Positions 1 through 10,414 of a stretch of DNA of 64,000 nt are shown piece by piece; the stretch's first letter is position 1, and the number at the start of each line of letters is the position of its first letter. The DNA comes from Candidatus Moraniibacteriota bacterium. GTDB lineage: Bacteria; Patescibacteriota; Minisyncoccia; Moranbacterales; GWC2-37-73. Where the stretch lies: the NCBI GenBank assembly GCA_003507445.1, contig DNVR01000004.1:28243-92242 (forward strand), written 5' to 3'. The translations under genes and the position numbers were made by a program. Below the pieces are notes generated by a model that worked only from the letters and a program-made list of their open reading frames with translations, ran no database searches and had not been told where the DNA came from.

Positions 1-24
1 ATAAAAGAATTTAAAACCGACAAA

Positions 25-1467
25 ATGTCTGTGCCGGCACTTTTTTTTATGAATCAAAATCTTTTGCCAGAAGAAGAAACATTCTCTCAAGTGGAAGACA
101 TTGCTTCAAATAAAGACACTTTTTTTAGAAGCACCGTCGCTATGCCAGATGTTTGTTCCAAACCAGGAAGAAAAAATGCTGCTGGCACAACAATCGCCAG
201 TGAAAAATATATTCTCCCTCAAGTTAACGACTCTGATCCCAATTGTGGAATGCGACTTGTCAAAACAAATCTCAGCGATGAAAACATTTCGCCGGAAGAA
301 ATTCACACACTATTTCAAAAATTGGTAGAGGTTGTTCCCACCAAAAAATTTGTCGGCACAAAAGTTCCTTTCAATGTCGTGGTGGACATCTGCCGCCAAG
401 GCACAAAGGCCATCATCAAACATCTTGGAATTACCACCAAAAATGAATTGGAAAACACCCAAAGTGGAGGAAATTTTTTTGAAAAAGAAATGACCCCGCA
501 AGATATTTTTGATGTCATCCCGAAACTATATTTAAACTTTGCAAAATATCGACTGGGTGTTCTTGGCGCAGCCGGCAATCACTTTCTTGACTTGATGAAA
601 GTTGGAGACATTGTTGATGCTGAGATGGCAGAGAAATTTGGAATTAAAAAGGGCCAATATCTTTTTATGATTCACACCGGAAGTGGCATTCTTGGTCAAT
701 ACACAATGTATACTCACACAGCCAAAAAAGCTGAACATCTTTCACAAGCCATTATGGTTGCGCTTGGTCGCCTTACATTCAGTTCTCGCAAAAAAAATGT
801 TTACAAAAAAATGCAGGAAAAAATAAAATTGCATATGACCAAGGATGATTCACTTTTGAAATATGATGCCAATGGAGAAGACGGCGAAATGTATATGAAC
901 GCCCGCGCTGCTGCAAGCAATTTCGGGACAGCCAACCGAGCCGTCATCACGCACAACATTTCGCAGGCTATCAAAAAAATATTGGGTCGCGACCCTGAAA
1001 TGGATTTAATTTATGACCTGCCGCACATTTCCATTACCAAAGAAGAGCACTTCGGAAAAGATGTGATGATTCATCGTTCCAACACTTCGCGCGCCTTTGG
1101 TCCTGCAAAAATGTCGCACCATCCGACTTACAAAGAAACAGGAGAACCAGCATTCATCCCATCTTCAATGAGTACTGATGCATACATCTGCGTCGGCACC
1201 GACAGAAACGACCAGAGTTTTTATTCTGCACCGCACGGAACTGGCAAAGGAAAAAACAACAATGAAAAAAGCATCTCGAACAAAGAAGAACTTTTTGCCA
1301 AAATGGAAGAAAAAGGTGTCCGACTTTACAACGCCCAGTCTTCAATCGTCATCAACCAAGACAGCGCCAGATATAAAAATATCGATGAAGTGATTAAAGG
1401 AGTTGAAGCCAATGGCGTCGCACACATTGTCGCCAAGATGCAACCAGTGGCAGTGATAATGTACTAA
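25..1467 (+). CDS. rtcB: RtcB-family RNA ligase (divergent)
   Basis: 480-aa ORF starting at ATG 25. Motifs occur in RtcB order: DSDPNCGMRL (D..CG metal site), AAGNHFLDL (GNHF), HTGSGILG (HSGSRG-like), THN, and PHGTGK near the C-terminus (HGAGR-like His site). Confidence 0.6.
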   Translation: MSVPALFFMNQNLLPEEETFSQVEDIASNKDTFFRSTVAMPDVCSKPGRKNAAGTTIASEKYILPQVNDSDPNCGMRLVKTNLSDENISPEEIHTLFQKLVEVVPTKKFVGTKVPFNVVVDICRQGTKAIIKHLGITTKNELENTQSGGNFFEKEMTPQDIFDVIPKLYLNFAKYRLGVLGAAGNHFLDLMKVGDIVDAEMAEKFGIKKGQYLFMIHTGSGILGQYTMYTHTAKKAEHLSQAIMVALGRLTFSSRKKNVYKKMQEKIKLHMTKDDSLLKYDANGEDGEMYMNARAAASNFGTANRAVITHNISQAIKKILGRDPEMDLIYDLPHISITKEEHFGKDVMIHRSNTSRAFGPAKMSHHPTYKETGEPAFIPSSMSTDAYICVGTDRNDQSFYSAPHGTGKGKNNNEKSISNKEELFAKMEEKGVRLYNAQSSIVINQDSARYKNIDEVIKGVEANGVAHIVAKMQPVAVIMY

Positions 1468-1559
1468 ATAGTAAAAAGTTATAAAGTTTATAAAGTTTAT
1501 AAAGTAAATACAAAAACACTTTATGAACCTTAAGAACTTTATGAACCTTATAAACTTTT
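1468..1559. repeat. AT-rich imperfect palindrome of TTTATAAAG / CTTTATGAAC units upstream of tmk
   Basis: The sequence is aagttataaagtttataaagtttataaagtaaatac ... actttatgaaccttaagaactttatgaaccttataaactttt. The same motif in gene-sense orientation lies upstream of wzm (60455-60503). Related arrays are at 24181-24236 and 61461-61579. Confidence 0.5.
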
Positions 1560-2153
1560 GTGAAAATAATTTCAATCTCAGGCTTGGATGGTTCGGGAAA
1601 ATCAACTCAAATAGAATTGCTGAAAAATTATCTTGAAAAACAAGGTAAAAAAGTTTTTTATTTTCACGCTGTCCAGTTTTCAATCGCCAATAAATATAAC
1701 CGACAACTCACAACAAACAACTCACAACAAACAAAGTCTGTGACCGAGGCTGGTTGGCTGCAAATCCAACTTCGCAAAGTTGCGCTGCGCATTGATTTGC
1801 TGCGTTTTGTTTTGCTACGTAACAAGCTACGTAACTCCGGCTACGACTACATTCTTTCCGACCGCTATTTCTACGACAATATAATTAATATTGCATATTT
1901 AGAATCCAAACTTTCAACTTTCAACTTTCAACTTTCAACTGAATTCATACCTGCTCCCGATTTCGCTTTTTACCTCAACACCGACCCGAACGAAATCATC
2001 AAGCGTGACCGCGTGCCAGATCAAGGAATGGAATATTTAAACAAGAAAAAAGCGCTTCTCGACCAAGCAGCAACTGTCTGGAATTTAAAAATAATTGATG
2101 GCAATAGAAACAAGGAAGAAATATTTAGCATTATAAAATCCCAGATAGCATAA
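1560..2153 (+). CDS. tmk: thymidylate kinase-like P-loop kinase with in-frame low-complexity inserts
   Basis: GTG start. P-loop ISGLDGSGKSTQ and LSDRYFYDNIINIAYL (DRY...AYQ-like) resemble dTMP kinase. The region between them carries tandem nucleotide repeats (caactcacaacaaa x2, ttgctgcg repeats, and (ctttcaa)x4 at 1911-1938). Confidence 0.5.
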   Translation: MKIISISGLDGSGKSTQIELLKNYLEKQGKKVFYFHAVQFSIANKYNRQLTTNNSQQTKSVTEAGWLQIQLRKVALRIDLLRFVLLRNKLRNSGYDYILSDRYFYDNIINIAYLESKLSTFNFQLSTEFIPAPDFAFYLNTDPNEIIKRDRVPDQGMEYLNKKKALLDQAATVWNLKIIDGNRNKEEIFSIIKSQIA

Positions 2154-2287
2154 ATAATTTCAAATTAAAAATTACAAATATCAAATAAATTTCAAATTTC
2201 TTAATGATAAAAATATTTTTTAATAAATTAAATATTTAGTCATTTATTTGAAATTTTAATTTTGACATTTGAAATTTTTCATCTTCG

Positions 2288-3817
2288 ATGACCTCAAAAA
2301 ATCTCGCCAAATCAACCCTCTGGCTGATTGCCAGTGAAATAATCTTCAACCTTTCTGGATACGTCATCCACTCTTTTGTGGGGCGCATTTTGGGACCAGC
2401 GGATTATGGTCGCTATGGATTGGTTGTGACAATGACCACGATGATTATAATTTTGATCGGCAACGGCATCCCAACCGCGATGGCAAAATATATCAGCGAG
2501 ATTTTTGAAACCAACCCGCGCCTCGTGCTTGTTATTAAGAGAAAGGCACTAATCTTGCAAACCATTCTTATTGGCTCAATCACTGTTGTCTTCTTTTTCT
2601 GCGCGCCACTAATTGCTTGGGCACTGGGTGATCCAACACTGACACCACTATTCCGCATCTCAACCCTTATAATCCCAGCTTTTGCTGCCGCATCCTTCTA
2701 TTTTTCCTTCTATACAGCCCTGCATAAGTTCAATGTCCAATCAATTCTTAAAACCCTGCGCTCTATCTTAAAGGTAGTGGCCATTGTGGGCCTAGCATAC
2801 GCTTTTGGAGTGCCAGGATCGATTGTGGGATATGCCCTAGCCGCATTAAGCGTCTTTATAATCGCCTTTTCTCTTGACCAGCTCAAATATACCAAAGAGA
2901 TTAAAAAGGCCGCCAAGATGCAAAATTTGAGCCTACAGACTGAATTTGAGACCAAAAAACTGCTTAACTACGCTTGGCAAGTCATATTGTTCTTTTTGGC
3001 TTATGAACTCCTCATCAGCATCGATTTATACCTCGTAAAAGGCATCCTGCATAATGATCATCTAACTGGAATTTATAACGCTGCCCTAACCGTTGGACGC
3101 ATCCCATATTACATTTTTTATGCGCTCACGATAATGCTTTTGCCAGTGGTTTCAAAAAGCACTTCTCAAAATGACAGCGTCAAAACCAATCAAATTATTC
3201 AACACTCCCTGCGTCTGATGTTAATCTTTTTGATTCCAGCTGTAATTTTGATGGCGCAATTTTCTGCTCCAATAATCAAACTTTTTTATTCCGCCAAATA
3301 TCTTGATGCAGCATATCCAATGTCGATCTTGGCATATGGCGTGGGATTTCTCACTATTTTTTATGTAATGAGCTTTGTGGCTAACGGCGCCGGCAAAACA
3401 AAGATTCCAATGTGGATTTCAATCTTCGGTGTCATTCTCAACACCATTCTTAATGTGATTTTGATCAAAAAATATGCCCTTGCTGGAAGCGCCATCGCAA
3501 CATCCATCACTTCTTTCGTGGTAATGCTCGCAATTTTATATTACATTCAAAAAGATTTCGGAACATTGATTAAAATTAAAAGCTTGCTCAAAATGATTTT
3601 TGCCGGAATTATTATGTACCTTGCTTCCCTGTTTTTCTCACAAGGCACATTTATTTTCTTGCTTTGGTCTGTCGCACTTCTCTCACTTTATCTTTTCATT
3701 TTAATTTTACTAAAAGAAATCACACTAACAGATTTTGAATATTTAAAAAGTATCATCTCCAAGAAAAAGAAAACCGAAATTCAAGAAGAACTTTCCGGCA
3801 ACGAACCAAGCGCATAG
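2288..3817 (+). CDS. MOP-superfamily polysaccharide flippase (Wzx / Polysacc_synt-like)
   Basis: 509 aa with about 12-14 predicted TM helices. The N-terminus WLIASEIIFNLSGYVIHSFVGRILGPADYGRYGLVVTM is typical of Wzx-type O-unit flippases. Confidence 0.6.
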   Translation: MTSKNLAKSTLWLIASEIIFNLSGYVIHSFVGRILGPADYGRYGLVVTMTTMIIILIGNGIPTAMAKYISEIFETNPRLVLVIKRKALILQTILIGSITVVFFFCAPLIAWALGDPTLTPLFRISTLIIPAFAAASFYFSFYTALHKFNVQSILKTLRSILKVVAIVGLAYAFGVPGSIVGYALAALSVFIIAFSLDQLKYTKEIKKAAKMQNLSLQTEFETKKLLNYAWQVILFFLAYELLISIDLYLVKGILHNDHLTGIYNAALTVGRIPYYIFYALTIMLLPVVSKSTSQNDSVKTNQIIQHSLRLMLIFLIPAVILMAQFSAPIIKLFYSAKYLDAAYPMSILAYGVGFLTIFYVMSFVANGAGKTKIPMWISIFGVILNTILNVILIKKYALAGSAIATSITSFVVMLAILYYIQKDFGTLIKIKSLLKMIFAGIIMYLASLFFSQGTFIFLLWSVALLSLYLFILILLKEITLTDFEYLKSIISKKKKTEIQEELSGNEPSA

Positions 3818-3862
3818 GCCATAAAACATATAACATATAGCATATAACAAAAAATGCATTCC

Positions 3863-3892
3863 AAAAAAGACTCGTGGGTGAGTCTTTTTTGT
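3863..3892. terminator. bidirectional rho-independent terminator
   Basis: An A-run is followed by stem AAAGACTC / GAGTCTTT (loop GTGGGT) and then TTTTTT. It lies between convergent genes 2288..3817(+) and 3910..4581(-). Confidence 0.6.
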
Positions 3893-3909
3893 TATCATCA
3901 AAATGCAAA

Positions 3910-4581
3910 TTAAAATCCGAAAGGTTTTGAGTCAGAAAGAAATGGTAACATTAGAACTGGATCATTTTTTGGAAAAACAGGAACCACTTCAGTCACTTCT
4001 GCTTTTATTTCTTCTTTAACATCAGGAGTAACAACAACCGAAGGCGGAACTATTTCTTTTGGCTCTTCGATAGGTGCAGAAATTGGTGCGGATTGTTCAA
4101 CTGGCTGAATCTTTTTCTCGACAACTGGCGGAGCAGCTTTTTTTGCAGCAATAACTTTCCTGTCTGAAACAACGGTAACTTTATTGCTAAAATCATTCAA
4201 AGTCACAATGATAGTTTCTCCAGGATGCGCAACTATTGGGCCACTGCTCAAAATCTTTTTTCCTCCCTTAGTAGTTTTGTTTTGTTCGTCTATTCCTCCC
4301 TTAAAAGCTTTTACCACATATGTAGCATCCTTTGGATCATCAAACATTCCAGTTTTTCCATTTTCCCATTCAACAACTTTCCCATCTTTATACAAAACAG
4401 CTTTATATCTGTCTTTTGAGCCATTTGCTATTATTGAATATCTGATAATTGTTCCACCGTGAGACAAAACCCACTGCTTGCTTTTGGCACCATCGCCCCA
4501 CCAAGAATCAGCCGTAGCATTTGGAATTGAAGAAAAAAAGAATGCGAACACGAAAGTTAATATTATATAGCTGTTTTTCAT
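3910..4581 (-). CDS. secreted hypothetical protein (signal peptide; Pro/Val/Glu-rich C-terminal linker)
   Basis: 223 aa. The N-terminal hydrophobic signal is MKNSYIILTFVFAFFFSSIPNATA. The C-terminus is low-complexity PPVVEKKIQPVEQSAPISAPIEEPKEIVPP. I recognised no catalytic motif. Confidence 0.5.
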   Translation of the reverse strand: MKNSYIILTFVFAFFFSSIPNATADSWWGDGAKSKQWVLSHGGTIIRYSIIANGSKDRYKAVLYKDGKVVEWENGKTGMFDDPKDATYVVKAFKGGIDEQNKTTKGGKKILSSGPIVAHPGETIIVTLNDFSNKVTVVSDRKVIAAKKAAPPVVEKKIQPVEQSAPISAPIEEPKEIVPPSVVVTPDVKEEIKAEVTEVVPVFPKNDPVLMLPFLSDSKPFGF

Positions 4582-4658
4582 AATAGTGTATTCATCCTAA
4601 TTACATAGAAATATACACTACAACTAACAAAAACTTTCAAAAAACAACTTGGGGGGGT

Positions 4659-6842
4659 TTATTTCTCTGTTTTGTTTTTGATTGATATCTCCTTGACCAA
4701 GGCGCCACCCTTTGCTTTTTCATTAAGCATAATTTCCTTGCCAGATGAATCAAAAAGTTCAAACTTAATTTTGTTTATTCCTGCTGCCAAAACAAACGAC
4801 ACATTTTCAGTTTTAAAATCAGCTGCGAGATTAATCTCTTTTCTTTTTCCATCCGGCAAAACAATTACCATTTTATAATTTTCTGGAGATTTGGCTTCAA
4901 TATCAAGTGACGCGCTAATTTGATCTTTTCCCATATTGAAAATTTCCAATTCAGCTCCACTGCCGAGCTTTCTTGCAAAATATTCTTCCCCCCTAGGTTC
5001 AGTAGCCAATGAAAGTTGTCCGTTGTCGGTGTTTAATTTAACATAATATCCCGAAGGTTGTTTGACTGAAACATTATACGCCACCAGATATTCGTCTTCA
5101 TACACACCATCAAGTTCAATATATTTTCTTATAAACTCATCGGTATTTTTGCGCATCTTGTCATCAGTATATTTTTTGCTGATTGTTATATATTTAACGT
5201 TGTAATAATTTAAGATGTCAGTAGCATTTGCAAAATTATCAGTTCGCAAAATATCTTCCGCCTCTTTTGTTTCCGGATTATTGCCCTTGGGCAGCGTATA
5301 CAACAATTGCTTTAGAATCGGAGTAGTTTGTTGAAAATCAAACTGTCCTTCATTTTTTCTTGCCAAAGGCATCCCATCCAGCGACTGTTTGTTGTGAGCA
5401 TTATTTGTAAGCATTTTATAACTGGCAAAGTCATAATCAGTGCTACCGGGAATTTCCAAAATTTTAAAGGAGCCTTGCTCACTGGCAAGACGATCATAAA
5501 AAGGAGAATGATCAAGTGACATTGTCTTAAGCGGTCCTACCCAAAACTCCAACATAACAACAAAAACGATCACACCGACAAAATTTTTCTTCCAAAAATT
5601 TTCTTTCATTTTTGGTTGCAAATATTTAATTGCAAAGGAAGTTACAATTGCCAAAGCCAACATTGCAAACATAAAAAGTCTGCCAGTCACGCGAATATTT
5701 TCATAAAAAGGCAAAAATTTATACACCAAATAATACGGCAAAGGAAAATCGAAATTGAAAAGTTTGAACCCAGGACCCCATGCAAAAATATACATTACCA
5801 AAAAAGTTATCAACCATAATTTTAAACCTTGCTCTTCTGCTTTTTCCAAAACCAGCTTATTCTTCCTGCGCAATTTTTGCCAAGCGAAAACAGCCAACAA
5901 AATTAACGTTGAAAGTCCAACAAAATATGAATCTCTCCAATCAGCAGAAATTTTCACGGTTTTTCTAAGCCATTCATTTATTTCAGGCCAAATTGAATGG
6001 AAAGCTGGTAGCAAAAGTGGCTCCCAAGCATTCATAGCATATTTTTTTGCCGCGCCCATCCCCGGATCCAAAAAATTATTTTCCGATGTTGCCACTTTGA
6101 GCAAGTCGCCAAAAACAAAGAAAACAACGAGGGCAAAGAAAAACAATGAGCTTCCCAAATATATCCATAATTTTTTATTTTTAAGCAATTCTTTGTCTTG
6201 CCAAATTCGCACGAATATCAAAGTCAAGAAAAACAGTAGCGAAAAAGCAAGCATTTGATGTTCCGAGATGGCCAACATAAAAAGAAAAAACAAAAACAAG
6301 AGATAATCTTTAAATTTAAATTTATCCAAAAATTTAAGCAGGAACAAAGCAGCAAATGGAATCCATTGCTGCTGCATTGAGCCAAGATGCACGGCCACTG
6401 TTTGATAATAATGAAAAGGAGCAAAAGCAAAAAGCACTCCAGCCACCAAGGAAGCACCTCTTCTTTTGGTAAAATAATATGCCAAAAGATATGCACCCAA
6501 CCCACTCAAAACATAGCTCAGAAAAAACATCGTATTATAAACCGCATACTTATTCAAAAACAAACTCAAAAAAGCATACGGAGAATACGTTCCAAGATCG
6601 CTCAAAAGCAATTTTCCTTGCGCAAAAAAATCCAAACCGACAAGAGCTTTTGAATGAAGTTCGATGTTAGAAAATGCCTGATATGCATCTCCATCGCCAT
6701 TGGGAACCTGAGAAGAAAAATGAATTCCCAGCGGAAAAGTAAACAAAAAAGTAAGCATCAAAAAAAACACAGTCGCAACAATAGTCGGATGTTGCTCCAT
6801 CAGATTTCTAATCCTGCTGAAATATTTTTCTAATTTAATCAT
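4659..6842 (-). CDS. large polytopic membrane protein, putative GT-C-fold glycosyltransferase (YfhO-like) with C-terminal extracytoplasmic domain
   Basis: 727 aa. The N-terminal 450 aa carry many TM helices and a conserved-looking first loop (PNGDGDAYQAF). The C-terminal 250 aa is a soluble beta-rich domain. This architecture is shared with neighbouring GT-C genes. Confidence 0.4.
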   Translation of the reverse strand: MIKLEKYFSRIRNLMEQHPTIVATVFFLMLTFLFTFPLGIHFSSQVPNGDGDAYQAFSNIELHSKALVGLDFFAQGKLLLSDLGTYSPYAFLSLFLNKYAVYNTMFFLSYVLSGLGAYLLAYYFTKRRGASLVAGVLFAFAPFHYYQTVAVHLGSMQQQWIPFAALFLLKFLDKFKFKDYLLFLFFLFMLAISEHQMLAFSLLFFLTLIFVRIWQDKELLKNKKLWIYLGSSLFFFALVVFFVFGDLLKVATSENNFLDPGMGAAKKYAMNAWEPLLLPAFHSIWPEINEWLRKTVKISADWRDSYFVGLSTLILLAVFAWQKLRRKNKLVLEKAEEQGLKLWLITFLVMYIFAWGPGFKLFNFDFPLPYYLVYKFLPFYENIRVTGRLFMFAMLALAIVTSFAIKYLQPKMKENFWKKNFVGVIVFVVMLEFWVGPLKTMSLDHSPFYDRLASEQGSFKILEIPGSTDYDFASYKMLTNNAHNKQSLDGMPLARKNEGQFDFQQTTPILKQLLYTLPKGNNPETKEAEDILRTDNFANATDILNYYNVKYITISKKYTDDKMRKNTDEFIRKYIELDGVYEDEYLVAYNVSVKQPSGYYVKLNTDNGQLSLATEPRGEEYFARKLGSGAELEIFNMGKDQISASLDIEAKSPENYKMVIVLPDGKRKEINLAADFKTENVSFVLAAGINKIKFELFDSSGKEIMLNEKAKGGALVKEISIKNKTEK

Positions 6843-6882
6843 TATTGTGAATTGTGAATTGTAAGTTATTAGTTGTCAGTTG

Positions 6883-8631
6883 TTAGTTATTAGTTTTCTT
6901 GAAAACATCCTTCCAATATAAACGCTGGTGTGTTTGTATTGAAATGTCATCTTCATCCTCCAAGATTGGCTCATTCTTTTTTTCAACAACAACCGCCTCT
7001 TCAGTCTTCTCTCTTTTCATTTTATAAATCGCAATGTCCCCAGCGTTTCCAGTTTTTTCAAAATCTCCCAAGATCATCAACTTATCCATTTCATATGTTT
7101 GCTTACTAATCGCAAAATAGCAACCTTTTTTTTCAAAATCTATTTTTTTGGCGAAACTATACGGTCGTTGTTTTCCGTTCAATTTAAAAGCCCATTCAAA
7201 AACATCTTGAAATTCCTGACTTTGCTTTGGTAAATAATAATAGATCGCTCCCCCTTGGCATTCCTTGGACATAATTTTCGCTGTTTTTTCAATCATACCC
7301 CAAGTCCACCAAGCGTCATCTTTTTTAACTTTCAAAATAACAGTGTTTTTAGCATTAAGTGCTCCGCGCTGAGCTCTAGCAAATTCATTAAGCCACAAAA
7401 GAGAGGCTGTCAAATTTCCTGCCAGCATCAAAAGCGCCAAAATAACCACGCTTATTTTTTTTGTTTTTTCAAAAGAACTCTTCCAACGCCACAATAATCC
7501 CAGATGCAAAAACGGCAAAAACATCAGCGGCAAGAAAAATCTTGGCTTGTCTATTTCATAGGCCAAGGGAAAATAAAGCAGAAAAAAAGTTGCCGTCCAA
7601 ACTAAAATAACAAACAGGAAATCTTTCTTTTGCTTTTCTTTTTCTTGGCGCAAAAGCAAAACATTAAGCACTGTTCCGCCAAATAATAATAGGGTGCCAA
7701 GATAATGCAAAATCTTCAAAGACCCCATATAACCAAAAGCTATTCTGAAATAATATTCTCCGAAATAATAAAATTCCCTGCCAATATTCTGCCAAGCAGT
7801 GTGGTCTGAAGTTTTACTGCCAATTGACTTGAAAAACAAATCGAGATTGTCCCCCTTACTCAAAACGTCGCTTACGATTACAGGTATATAAAAAAACAAA
7901 ACTGTCGCAAGAAAGACAACCAAATTTATCCAGCCAACTTTTTGCCAAAAATTTTTATACCTGAAAATCAAAAAAACTGCTGCAAAAATTCCCAGTGCCA
8001 CCATGCTGGTAAAATGCAATTGTGAAGCTATTGCAAAAGCAGTTCCCAATAGCAAAAACCATTGCCATTTTTTTCTTTCGCTATCAGAAAAAATACGCAG
8101 CCAAGCATACAAAAAGAGCAAGACAAAAAACGGGATTGAATTTGGATTCCAAGCAAAACGCGAATATTCAAAAGCCAAAAAACAAAAAGAAAACAATGTT
8201 GTTGAAATCAAACTAACTTTCTCAGAAAAATACAAACGCATCAAAAAGAAAAATAGTGGAATTGCCAGCAATGAAAAAAGCAGATTAGGCAAGGCCAAGA
8301 CTGCCGGCTCAATGGAACCAAAAATTGCCGCACTAGCCGATTGAAAATAATAAAAAAGCGGACCGAGCCTTAGCATTGTTCCACCCGCTCGCGGTCCAAG
8401 CAGTGGCAATTCTCCAAAACCATTTTCAAAAGATCTCGCTGACATCACCGCATCTCTGATTTGATCACCTTTAAGTAGCATTCCACCTGAAAAATCCCAA
8501 ACACGAAGTCCAATCGCAAAGAAAATTGCAACACAAAAAAACCAATACTTGTACTTATTTAAAAATGAAAATATTTTTTGCATATTAATTATTTTCTTCG
8601 GTTTCGGTTTCAATAATTTCCACCACTTCAT
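6883..8631 (-). CDS. GT-C fold glycosyltransferase, ArnT/PMT-like (GT39/GT83 family)
   Basis: 582 aa. The first extracytoplasmic loop GDQIRDA...LPLLGPRAGGT, the multi-TM core and the C-terminal soluble domain match polyprenyl-phosphate-sugar dependent transferases. A plausible alternative start is the internal ATG at 8583 (MQKIFSF), which would remove the 47-nt overlap with the upstream paralog. Confidence 0.65.
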   Translation of the reverse strand: MKWWKLLKPKPKKIINMQKIFSFLNKYKYWFFCVAIFFAIGLRVWDFSGGMLLKGDQIRDAVMSARSFENGFGELPLLGPRAGGTMLRLGPLFYYFQSASAAIFGSIEPAVLALPNLLFSLLAIPLFFFLMRLYFSEKVSLISTTLFSFCFLAFEYSRFAWNPNSIPFFVLLFLYAWLRIFSDSERKKWQWFLLLGTAFAIASQLHFTSMVALGIFAAVFLIFRYKNFWQKVGWINLVVFLATVLFFYIPVIVSDVLSKGDNLDLFFKSIGSKTSDHTAWQNIGREFYYFGEYYFRIAFGYMGSLKILHYLGTLLLFGGTVLNVLLLRQEKEKQKKDFLFVILVWTATFFLLYFPLAYEIDKPRFFLPLMFLPFLHLGLLWRWKSSFEKTKKISVVILALLMLAGNLTASLLWLNEFARAQRGALNAKNTVILKVKKDDAWWTWGMIEKTAKIMSKECQGGAIYYYLPKQSQEFQDVFEWAFKLNGKQRPYSFAKKIDFEKKGCYFAISKQTYEMDKLMILGDFEKTGNAGDIAIYKMKREKTEEAVVVEKKNEPILEDEDDISIQTHQRLYWKDVFKKTNN

Positions 8632-10414
8632 CCTTTTCTCCTAAGTCAAAAACATCTCTCCAAAAAACTCTGTCACTCTTGCTTTTGGTTTTATTTTGAA
8701 CCAAGAGCTCCTCTGTTTTTTTAATTTTCATATCAAGCATTTGAACCTCAAAAATAGTAATCTGTCCTATTTTTTCAACTTCCAAAACATTATATTTAAC
8801 ACCGAATTTCATTGAAAAATCATTATACCCCGATTCTGGATCAGTGCCAGTAGGAATGATTGCAAAAAATTGCGCTCCAACTACAGCCTCCTTACCAATA
8901 ACGCTGAATCGCAAATCTTCTCCACCCTTTTGACCCAAAAGAAATTTTATTGGAGAAACGTGCTCTGGTTTCACATAATAATAAATCTTTGCACCTTGCT
9001 TATGTCTTTCAAGCATAAAATCAACAGCTTTTTGCAATTGCCCTAATGTTACTCCGTCTTTAGTTTTCAAAATCAAAGTTCTCTTGATTTTGGTGTCCCC
9101 TTGCTGCGAAAGTTGTTGTTCTTTGAACCACGCCAATGTTCCCTTCATATTCCAAAAAACAATTACCACAGCAAACAGCAAGCTTAACAAAAGACCCTTT
9201 TTGCCGAATTTTTGTTGCAACAGTTTTAACAAAAAACCAAACAGCACAAATGGAACAGCAAATACAACAATAAAGAAACGCGGACGAATTTGAAATGAAA
9301 CAGGTATTGATAAAACAAAAAATACTGCCATCCAAGCAATAATAAGAAATAGAAAATCTTTTTTATTCTTATCCTTATCCTTCAAATTTAGCAATTCAAA
9401 AACAGCAAATCCCAGTCCAACTAGCATTAAAAATATTACCAACGTTGCTGGAATTACATTTTCTTCATCAAAACCGTCCCCACTGACGCACTGCGAAGTT
9501 GAAAGCAAACAATAATATTTAAAACTCTCGCTGACATTTTTATTAACCTTGCTCAAAAGAGGTTTCTTCTCAGGCTTGCTACCAAGCGCCTGCACAAAAT
9601 TTCTGGAATTTTCTCCGTCGCGGTATATGTCACTGATAATCATCGGCGCAGACACAAAAAGAAAAACGCTCAAAGCCAACCCTCCAAAAATTGCAAATGA
9701 CTTCAGTTTTGTTTTTGAAAAATATTTTTTCCAATTTTCTTTTTTCCAAACTTCCCAATACCAAAGAATCATCAAGCCGGAAATACCGAGCAAACTGAAG
9801 AATCCAAAAAAATGTAGCTGTGCGCCAACCCCAAGCGCAAATGACCAAAGTGCAATCCACCATAAACTTTTTTTGAAATCATCCTCTTTGAAAAATCGGA
9901 GCAGTCCGTAAAAAGCTAGGATAAAAAAGAACGGCAAGGGATTTGGATTCCAAGAAAAACGTGAGTATTGAATAACAAGAAACGAAAAAGCATACATTGC
10001 AGTGATTAAAAAGGAATTAAACCTGCTGAAATATAAACGCAAAAAAACAAAGAGTAGCGGGATCACAGCAATTGCAAAAAAAAGATCAGGATATGCATTT
10101 GACATAGGCAAATTTCCACCAGACAAAACTCCTGCAACATATTGCATATAATAATAAGCTGGACCCAAACGCAAATAACCATCAACCTCAGTTGCTCCTG
10201 CGCGTGGCCCCAAAAGTGGCAAATATCCTGCCCCATTTTCCAAGGCGCTACTAATCAAAAGAGCATCGCGCGATTGATCCATTTTGAAATAAAGCCAATC
10301 TTCGAATTTATACGTTCTAAGTGCAAATGACACAGACATTAGCAAAAACAAACCCAGCATTATCCAAAGAGTTTTCTTTTTAAGTTTTCTAAAATTAAAT
10401 TTATTTTTTATCAT
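8585..10414 (-). CDS. GT-C fold glycosyltransferase, ArnT/PMT-like (tandem paralog)
   Basis: 609 aa. It shares MDQSRDALL...LPLLGPRAGAT, YSRFSWNPNP and LHFF motifs with 6883..8631, and has the same TM core plus C-terminal domain architecture. Confidence 0.65.
   Translation of the reverse strand: MIKNKFNFRKLKKKTLWIMLGLFLLMSVSFALRTYKFEDWLYFKMDQSRDALLISSALENGAGYLPLLGPRAGATEVDGYLRLGPAYYYMQYVAGVLSGGNLPMSNAYPDLFFAIAVIPLLFVFLRLYFSRFNSFLITAMYAFSFLVIQYSRFSWNPNPLPFFFILAFYGLLRFFKEDDFKKSLWWIALWSFALGVGAQLHFFGFFSLLGISGLMILWYWEVWKKENWKKYFSKTKLKSFAIFGGLALSVFLFVSAPMIISDIYRDGENSRNFVQALGSKPEKKPLLSKVNKNVSESFKYYCLLSTSQCVSGDGFDEENVIPATLVIFLMLVGLGFAVFELLNLKDKDKNKKDFLFLIIAWMAVFFVLSIPVSFQIRPRFFIVVFAVPFVLFGFLLKLLQQKFGKKGLLLSLLFAVVIVFWNMKGTLAWFKEQQLSQQGDTKIKRTLILKTKDGVTLGQLQKAVDFMLERHKQGAKIYYYVKPEHVSPIKFLLGQKGGEDLRFSVIGKEAVVGAQFFAIIPTGTDPESGYNDFSMKFGVKYNVLEVEKIGQITIFEVQMLDMKIKKTEELLVQNKTKSKSDRVFWRDVFDLGEKDEVVEIIETETEENN

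Noticed and set aside
1560-2153. Calling the Tmk-like gene a pseudogene because of internal repeats.
   Set aside because: The reading frame is continuous through all repeats and both the P-loop and DRY motifs are intact. I reported it as a gene with in-frame repeats.
2413-2955. Small ORFs antisense to or inside large genes. Examples are 2413..2658, 2710..2955, 101..328, 17737..18111, 31700..31988 and 13260..13478.
   Set aside because: They lie entirely within or antisense to well-supported genes or repeat elements. They have no RBS and show compositional bias typical of AT-rich antisense frames. I treated them as spurious.
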